64,000 nt of DNA from Flectonema sp. DT1601 (taxonomy: Eukaryota). The translations under genes were made by a program, and so were the position numbers. Below, in pieces: positions 55,969 to 64,000 of this stretch; the first letter of the stretch is position 1; each line of letters starts with the position of its first letter. The notes under the pieces are model-generated. The model ran no database searches. It worked only from the letters and a program-made list of their open reading frames with translations, and was not told the DNA's origin. Where the stretch lies: contig OZ025785.1 of the NCBI GenBank assembly GCA_964019425.1, forward strand, positions 1,364,001 to 1,428,000, in the 5' to 3' direction.

Positions 55969-58067
55969 ATGGAGGCTTATCAAGACAGACCATCAGCTTA
56001 TGGGCAGAATGGAAACCCATTAATGAATACCTACTGGGGGAATTGTAGTCCAGCATCATATACCCCGATTAGTGTTGTCAGACAGACAAGTACCGGTAGT
56101 AATACAAGTATGAGTCCTGGTAGAAGGAATACTTTTGTTTATGGAGGTGTAAACGGAAGAGGTAGAAACTGGAGAAACACTGCCCCAGCTCCAATAGAAA
56201 GACAGACATCTTCAATGCAAAGCACTTTGGTGGATGAAATAGAGAATGAGAGTTCTGTCATATATGAGGAAATGAAAGTTTTAAAAAATCCTGATAATAG
56301 CACCAGCAATCTAACCACAACTAGTGACAAGCATTGCGCCATCCCTATGGAATCATACTCAGAGGATGATAATAGCTGCAGGTTAAAAGTGAAAAGAGTT
56401 ATTCATTCTGTTCCATTTCAAGTAACGTTTGTGATAATAATAATAATTGATTTAACATTATTGGCTGTAGCGTATTGGGCAGAATCGGAAAACCGCGACA
56501 CCCTCGCATTGGTTCTTCACATTATCACATTGGTAGACGCTATATTCTTTTTTTGTGAAATATCATTGAGGGGTTGGACAATGACTTATACAGAATTCTT
56601 TAGAGGAAGACATGCGAAGTTAAACACGATTGAATTTATAGTAATCACTGCTTGCGTAGTAGTGGAAGTTCTCACGCTATTAAACGATGTAGGCACCGGC
56701 ACTAGAGCCATCGGACCCGGCATCCTTGCTATATTCCGACTGGTAAGAGTTTGTCGTCTAACAGCAGTGATATTCGAAGCAATCGGAGGTGCGAAAAACA
56801 TCGCGAAAAGATCAGTTTCCAAGGGACGAAGAAGACATATAGAAAACGACTACGATCTCGACTTAGCGTATGTAACACCTCGAATAATAGCAATGTCCTG
56901 GCCAGGAACTGGTATTGAACAGTTCTTTCGCAATAGTATGAAGACCGTAGCGTACTTCTTAGATAGGAATCACCCTGATTCTTATAAAGTATTTAACCTT
57001 TGTAAAGAAAAAGGTTACGATCCTTCATGTTTTCATGGAAGGGTACAACGCGTTCTTATTGACGATCACAATGCCTGCGACATTTCTATTTTACATCGAT
57101 TCTGCGAAGCTGCGGAATCTTGGCACAAAGAATCTCCTGACAGAGTAATTATCGTTCATTGCAAAGCAGGAAAGGGAAGAACTGGAACTTGCATATCAAG
57201 TTACTTAATGTGGTCTGGATATGCATCATCAGCAAAGCAAGCACTGTCAATATTCGCAAAGGCTAGAGCTGAAGATGGTTTTTCTGGGGTTGAAAGTCCT
57301 TCCCAAGAGAGATATGTTTATTACTTTGATAGGTATCTTCATGGAATGAATAAACAAGTTCCATTAGTAAGAGTTCAGATCAATAGCTTAGTTGTTGGTC
57401 CTTTGCCGGAATTTGCTTCTCACCCGCCGCGATTATGTTGTGTTCTAATGGCTGGTTCATCAGCGAAGGTCATCTGGAAATCAGATGCTGACAGACCATT
57501 CGATGATCCAGAACTACCAACTCACAGACGTAACGCTGGTAAGAAATCCAGAGGAGTTCATATTCCCACATCAGACTCTCGTTATAAAGTAAGATTCGAT
57601 GATGGTGTTGAGGGTGTTAAGATATTAACTGCTAAAGAGTACTACACTCGACATGAACTAACTCAGAAATTCGTCAAAAAAGGATTATACATCGTTTATG
57701 ATGTTTCAGACATGCCTCTGATATCGGGTTTGTTGTTTTTTCTTCTTCTTTTTTTTGTACCCAGATTGAAAACTATATTATTATTTCTTTTTAAATGGAA
57801 AGGGGAAAAAAAAAAAAAAAAAAAAAAACAGGTGACATCCGTCTACATTGGTTCTTTGGTCACCACGACACTCCTGTCCCACTTGGTGCGTCTTCGTGGT
57901 GGCTGTGGTTTCACACATCATTCATAGATGCTTCCCGCCCTATGAAATTTTCTCGTTCAGAGATTGACGGTCCTCACAAAGCAAAGGCAGCCAAGAAATA
58001 CCCATCTGACTTCTCTGTAACATTCGGATTTGGTGAAAAATTGCCAATAGCGAATTCATTGTTTTAG
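55969..58067 (+). CDS. Voltage-sensor-domain PTEN-like phosphoinositide phosphatase (VSP/TPTE-like), two exons (55969-57727, 57832-58067)
   Basis: Four TM helices with S4 IFRLVRVCRL, then VSKGRRR, YDLDLAYVTPRIIAMSWP, DDHN, HCKAGKGRTG, GVESPSQERYVYY. The GTTTGT..ACAG intron at 57728-57831 restores C2-like ISGDIRLHWF...WFHTSFI...EIDGPHK. Confidence 0.92.
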
Positions 58068-60325
58068 AACATCCTTACAAATAGTCATCGTTTTTTTTTT
58101 TTTTTTTTTTTTTTTTTTTCTTTGACTCCTCAAAAGTTTGGTTCCTTTTTCTTGTTAAATCAGAACCTTGATGGTGATCAGGTTGTGTAGCAGCTGCTTT
58201 ATTATTAACTTTATGCAACAGCGTTTGCTTTTTTTTCTTCTTTTTTTTTTTTCTTGTCCTGTCTGAGAATAACTTATTATTATAATTATTATTATCTGTT
58301 AATTTTTCTTTTTTTTTTTTTTTTTTTTTGTTGTCTTTGTAGTGAGCAGCACACGTAATTCTTTTTCTTTTTTTTTTTTATTTACAAAAAAAAAAAAAAA
58401 AAAAAATGACTATTCATACGATAGGATGCTTCCTTTTAACAATCATTATATAATATGTCATGATATGATACCGAGTGTCAGCGTATTCCACGGGGTTCTT
58501 TCGTTCCCTCTCTTTTTTTTTTTTTTTGAGAGAGGAATGAGATGGAGGTGTGTTAGCTTCACCCAGTTGTTACTTTACTGTGGTGCTTATCTTGCGAATC
58601 TATTTGATTAACAACAACTAATATTTTTTCAGTCAAGTACTTTGATATTTATTATCGTCTGTGAGAGTCTCATGGTTGCTGGGTAGCAATATTACTGTTA
58701 CTGTTGAGCTTTTCCCCGACTTTTTTGGCTCCTAGGCTTCACAAATAAAAAAATAAATAAAAAAAAAAAAAGTCAACCAAAAGGTTGTTACTGTTTTTGC
58801 ATTGTCAAAGTTTCAAAACAACATCAAAAAATAAGAATTAGGGGGGGGAAAATCGATTATTTCGGAGGTCTAAAATCTCTTACTGCGATTTAAGTAAGCG
58901 GCCATTAGTTATCGTACAACACTTAGTACTGATTGCCTCTAACTGAGCTGGGTATAATTTACCTGTTAAGAAGCTTTTAGGTCCGAGAAAGCGTATCTAT
59001 TTTTTTTCCCTTACCTTTCTTCCCATTTTCCCCTTTACCCAACTCTTTGTGCAAAGACCTGCAGTATTCTTCCCAGATAAATCTTTTCGTATCGTTATCA
59101 TGTTTACCTAACAACGCAATTAAAAAAAAAAAAAAAAAAAAAGAAAAAAACAGAGTCGTGGTATTATCGAGTCCTTATTTTTGGAAAAAATTGTAGAGCG
59201 TGTTTTTGTTGATATTGCAAAGGACTGAAGCTTCTTTGTTGTATGCTTCCTACCAACGATCTTCGTTGTGTTTTTTGTTTTGAAATCTACGATTTGAATT
59301 GTCAAAAACGGCACCTAAAAGTTGACGTTTACACTGTTTTTGACGTCACTTTGCGTGCTTACAGATGTTTTTTTTTTCTTTCTTTTTTTTGTTTGGTCTT
59401 ACTGCTGCCTCTTCAAAAATCTTTGTTAAACCTATTTTTTTTTTTTTTTTTTCTTTTTTTTTTTCTTTTTTGTTCCCTCATCTTGATTCACGTGGTCTGC
59501 GGTTACAACTCGATTACATATCACTGAATTAGATGCGGAAGTACTTGATAACTAACAGATCCTTATATCATACTGATTAGTGTTTATGATTGGTACGTTA
59601 GCGCTTGCATGCAAGCGCAAAATTAAGTTGCTTGACCCTACAATCATCTTGCTTTGAAGTTCCTACTAGTCATAGTATGTTGTAAGAATATGTTGCAAAT
59701 TATTTATTAAAATTTTTTTTTACTTTTTTTTTTTCTTTCTAGCCACTGGCAGTAGATCCGTTTCCCCCTAAAATCACCATCTCTACTTTGTTTGTTAGTT
59801 GTGCGTCTTTTCTCGTATTTAATTTTTGCCTCTCTTTTGACAAATAGCTGTATTCTGAATTATGATCATTATTTTTGTTTTTATTTTTTTTGGTCTGTAT
59901 AAAAGCTTTCCTTAAAAACTGTATCTCCAGCAGAAAAGACTTGAAAAAATGGAAGAAAATTTTGATCTTTAAGACAATTCCGAGTGTCAAGTTTTCTTTT
60001 TTTTTTTTTTTATTCAAACAAAAAAAAAAAAAAAAAAAAGAACGAAGAATATGACCATAAGCCTTAAGAAGGTATTCCCCGTCATCTATAAGATCGCAAC
60101 ACCTTCTGAAAGCAGATTTTTTATTATTATATTTTTCTTCATCTTTTTTTTTCCTTTTTTTTTATGCATCTTAACAAAAAGACTCAACAAGCATCTTGTT
60201 AAAGTACGATTTTATTTCTTGTATATACAGAGTACCCCGCAGGTTGTTGTTCTGCACAAGCTGTAGGTCGCTGGTTTAAATCAAGATCTCACGGTTGTAT
60301 TATATGTAGTGTTTTTTTTGAATAA

Positions 60326-60823
<498 letters not shown>

Positions 60824-61191
60824 TAGGTTACCTGGCGATAGTGATACAATGCTTCTTCTTTTTTTTTTTTTTTCTTTTTGATCTTTTTGTTAGTTTCGTC
60901 AAAAGTCCTCCTTTCTTTAAAATGCTTTGCAAAATTATTTAGGTCTTTTTCTTTTTTTTGAGCTAATATTTTTGTACATGTGTTTCTATACAACTTTTTT
61001 GGTTGAAAAAAATAAAAAAATAAAATAAAAAAATAAAAAGAAAATTAAGTTATGTTCTTCTTCCTTCTCAGTAAAAACACATTTTAGCCTTTGGCGTGTT
61101 GAATTCATGTTTTTGGGCAAAATTATCATTTTGTTTATTTTATTTTATTTTTTCCCCTCCCAAGTTATATCTACGACACCAAATTAATAAA

Positions 61192-62370
61192 ATGCAAACT
61201 CGCAAGGTTCAAACTAACGCTGTCCCAATGTACAACAGAGCAGGACAACCGATTCAACAAATTGCTGCTTCAGAAACTGGATCTGAAGAAAACAGTTACA
61301 GTTATGGCCCAAGTACTCCACCAAGTAGCTGTGGATCTGAGAAGGGTGAGCCTGTTATGGCTGGTAGCTGGTGCCCAAGGTACTCTCAAACGGGAAGAAG
61401 TGGTGAAATTGTTGTTGTCACTCCATGGTATCCATTCGGTGTTGAGAAGGGACTTTTGAAGTTGGGTCCTGAGATTCAGGACTTCTGTAACTTTCTGAGA
61501 CCATCACCAGCAGAAAAGATGACCCGCAATCGTGTCCGTTGTACCCTTCAGGAGATCTGCCAGAGAATTTGGTCTGACAGCACAGTTAAGGAGTTCGGTG
61601 GTGCTGCTTATGGAGCTACCATTCCATCGTCAGCCATTGACATGGTTTGTGAAGCATCGCAGTTCAATGAAGGCTTTCCTGAATTCCTGGAAGCTGTTCA
61701 GGCTCGCAACTTTACTGTCATTCATGAAGAGCCTACATCTGTAGTCCTGAGCACTTTGAATTTAACTGTTAACCTTCACTTTGAACTTACTGACTTTGCT
61801 ACAAAGAGAAATGATGTTCACGTTGTTAAGCGTTTCTTACAGCAGTTCCCACATGCTGTTGACATCTGTAAGGTAGTTAAGCAGGTCTTAGCACAAATGA
61901 AATACAACGACGTTAGCATTGGTGGATTATCTTCGTATTCAATCCTTTTGATGTCTATCACTGCTTGTCGTTTGTGTCCGTACCCATATGATGTTGGAGC
62001 TTGCTTGAAGTTCTTCTTTCAGTTGTACTCTACTTTTGACTTCAGAAATCAAACCATTACTCCTTTTCCTGAAGCTCCGATAATCCCAAGAGAGCCATCC
62101 CACGGAGATGTACAGGTTTCAGTTATGTCACCTGATGGATCGTGTGAGAACGTTGCGGCTCTTTGCAACGAACGCATTATTCAAATCAAAGCTCACTTTC
62201 AATACCTCTCTATGGCTCTAGGAAAGTGGGACGGTCAGCTTACAGTTCCAAGTGGACAAAAGAAAGGATACAAGGGAAGAACACCTCTTTCGTTAATTAT
62301 TCCACTTCAGCCACTGTGGATTCGTGCTGAAACTCTTGTCGGAAGTGACATTGTTCGGCAATTCCAGTGA
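61192..62370 (+). CDS. Non-canonical poly(A) polymerase-like protein (Trf4/PAPD5 family), probably catalytically dead
   Basis: EIQDFCNFLRPSPAE, VKEFGG, IPSSAIDMV, NDVSIGGLSSYSILLM, LKFFFQLYSTFDF, NVA. Catalytic positions are substituted. Confidence 0.85.
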   Translation: MQTRKVQTNAVPMYNRAGQPIQQIAASETGSEENSYSYGPSTPPSSCGSEKGEPVMAGSWCPRYSQTGRSGEIVVVTPWYPFGVEKGLLKLGPEIQDFCNFLRPSPAEKMTRNRVRCTLQEICQRIWSDSTVKEFGGAAYGATIPSSAIDMVCEASQFNEGFPEFLEAVQARNFTVIHEEPTSVVLSTLNLTVNLHFELTDFATKRNDVHVVKRFLQQFPHAVDICKVVKQVLAQMKYNDVSIGGLSSYSILLMSITACRLCPYPYDVGACLKFFFQLYSTFDFRNQTITPFPEAPIIPREPSHGDVQVSVMSPDGSCENVAALCNERIIQIKAHFQYLSMALGKWDGQLTVPSGQKKGYKGRTPLSLIIPLQPLWIRAETLVGSDIVRQFQ

Positions 62371-62595
62371 TGTGGGGTAGTAAGGAGTAATTTATTATTA
62401 TTATTATCTTTTCCTATATCCGTCACTAAATAGCGTAAATTCTTGGAATTTCGCCTGCACAAGATGCAAAGTAACCCTTTTTTTTTTTTTTTGCATCTCA
62501 ATTCTTATTTCCCCTGAAAAATATTTTTTATTCGTTATCGTCAATTACGTGACGTTTCTTTTTTTTTTCTTCTTTTTTTCACACGAAGTCAGAAA

Positions 62596-62737
62596 AAGAA
62601 ATCGTTCGGATTAAGAGCCATTTATTTATTATGTCCAATGTTATGTATTTTTCCTGTGCGCCAGTAATACTGTCTGCGATCAACTAAAATATAAGGCTTA
62701 TCTTTGGAATGGTTTTTTTTTTTTTTTTTTTTTTTTT
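62596..62737 (+). repeat. Short dispersed element, copy 3
   Basis: GATTAAGAGCCATTTATTTATTATGTCCAATGTTATGTATTTTTCCTGTGC..GTAATACTGTCTGCGATCAACTAAAATATAAGGCTTATC..GAATGG(T)n. Confidence 0.8.
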
Positions 62738-63201
62738 ACATCCTCTCTAAATCCTCGTGTCGGGTGAGCACAAAGGATATATCTCTCTCTTCCCATCTTC
62801 CATCCAGGACCCATGCAAACGATTTAATTTTTTTTTTTTTTTTTCCCCCCCTTTCCTAAACTCTTTTTCTAGTTGCAACTCTTGGACTTTATGTAATGGG
62901 TTTCTTGGTTGCGAAGTGATTGCGAAAAAAAAAAAAATTTTTTTTTAAAAAAAAATATAACGGTTCTGTGTTGATTTGAAAGCTTTATTATGACTCTCAT
63001 TGCAGCCTTGTGCAAGTGTTGTTGTTAATTCGGGTACTCCAATGTCAACTACCTTAATAAAACAGAGAGAGATTCGAGGCTTTTCTTTTTTTTTTTTTTC
63101 TTTTTTATTTGAGTTCAAAAGAGAAATATCGCTTACCGGGCGCTATGCACAGTGCGCACGTCCACTGTGGTTGCTGTTTCAGGTAATTGCCTATTTATGT
63201 T

Positions 63202-63232
<31 letters not shown>

Positions 63233-64000
63233 CATTTTAAATTATGATTATGTCCTCGTGTATGCGCTAGCTTGTCTTGCTTCTGTTCCAGGGGGGCTTG
63301 GTGGTGAAAGCTTTCATGGGGATGATTTTTTTCTTCAAGTTGCAAACTTTTTAATAAAAAAAAAAAATTAGGGAACACAAAAAAAAAAAAAAAAAAATAG
63401 TCGCCGGCATTTTTCTCACGACATCAGAGCTTCAAGTTGTTTCCTTCTCGATTGCTTAGCTGTTACTATTAATAGGTTTCTGTTATAGAACAGGCTGTTG
63501 AGCATGCGTGTGAATTTTCAATGTGTTTTTTCGTGAAAAGCTCTGGTAGGCTACAATGTACCATTTTCTTGGCAGTCGTTAAGCAATCACAGTTGGGAGG
63601 GTAAATACTACACAGAAAAAAAAAAAAGGAAAAAAAAAAAAAGAAAAAAAAAGAAGAGAAAAAACGACAGAATAGAACTACAGGAACCTCATTGTTCCCC
63701 ACCTCTCTTATTTCGTTCTTTTTTATTTTTATTTTATTCAATCTTTTTTAGTAAAATTGTATCCGTGGGTTGTAATTTATTGTTCCTATGCTTCTTGGTT
63801 TGGAAAGAACTCCTGCCATGCAAAGCTTAGCTTCTCTCTTTTTTTCCCCCTCTCTTCACAATCTCTCTTCTAATTGTACTTTGCACTTATTGTAATCATT
63901 GATAAGTGCAAAGTATGCTCACTTCCGATTTTGGTTTAATCCATGCTTACGTATCTTGAAAAGAATCTGAAAAAAAAACAACAAAAAATTATCGCCCGGG

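Noticed and set aside
55855..57927. ORF-track termini of several genes, e.g. the VSP ending in LLFFLLLFF...KKKKKK
   Set aside because: These are read-through into introns or upstream UTR. Spliced models restore the family motifs.

Overview
AT-rich eukaryotic genomic DNA, most likely from a euglenozoan protist (diplonemid-like, by inference). All ~24 credible protein genes lie on the + strand as one polycistron-like run. Several are preceded by U-rich trans-splice-type acceptors, and I could reconstruct eight short GT(A/T)TGT..AG cis-introns. The most informative non-coding feature is a 270-282 bp tandem repeat present as two arrays (2726-4172 and 45412-49333). It is not protein coding: each unit carries two box C/D snoRNAs (21 copies of snoRNA-A, 19 of snoRNA-B). 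Their guides match conserved rRNA sites equivalent to yeast 18S Am436, 25S Gm2288 and 18S G1464, plus one unassigned guide. Recognisable genes: cathepsin L-like protease, ARL1, NAT10, F-box/kelch, homoserine kinase, DRC10/IQCD, NIF3, PHF5A, PEMT, MOG1, several TPR proteins and an RNA methyltransferase-like protein. Notable items: a voltage-sensor/PTEN fusion (VSP/TPTE-like), a Trf4/PAPD5-like nucleotidyltransferase lacking catalytic aspartates, two paralogous zinc-ribbon+CCCH proteins followed by 5-7 kb gene-free tracts, a stranded glucose-6-phosphate isomerase fragment, and a ~115 bp dispersed element in three copies. All assignments are by eye and from recalled consensus sequences; no searches were run.
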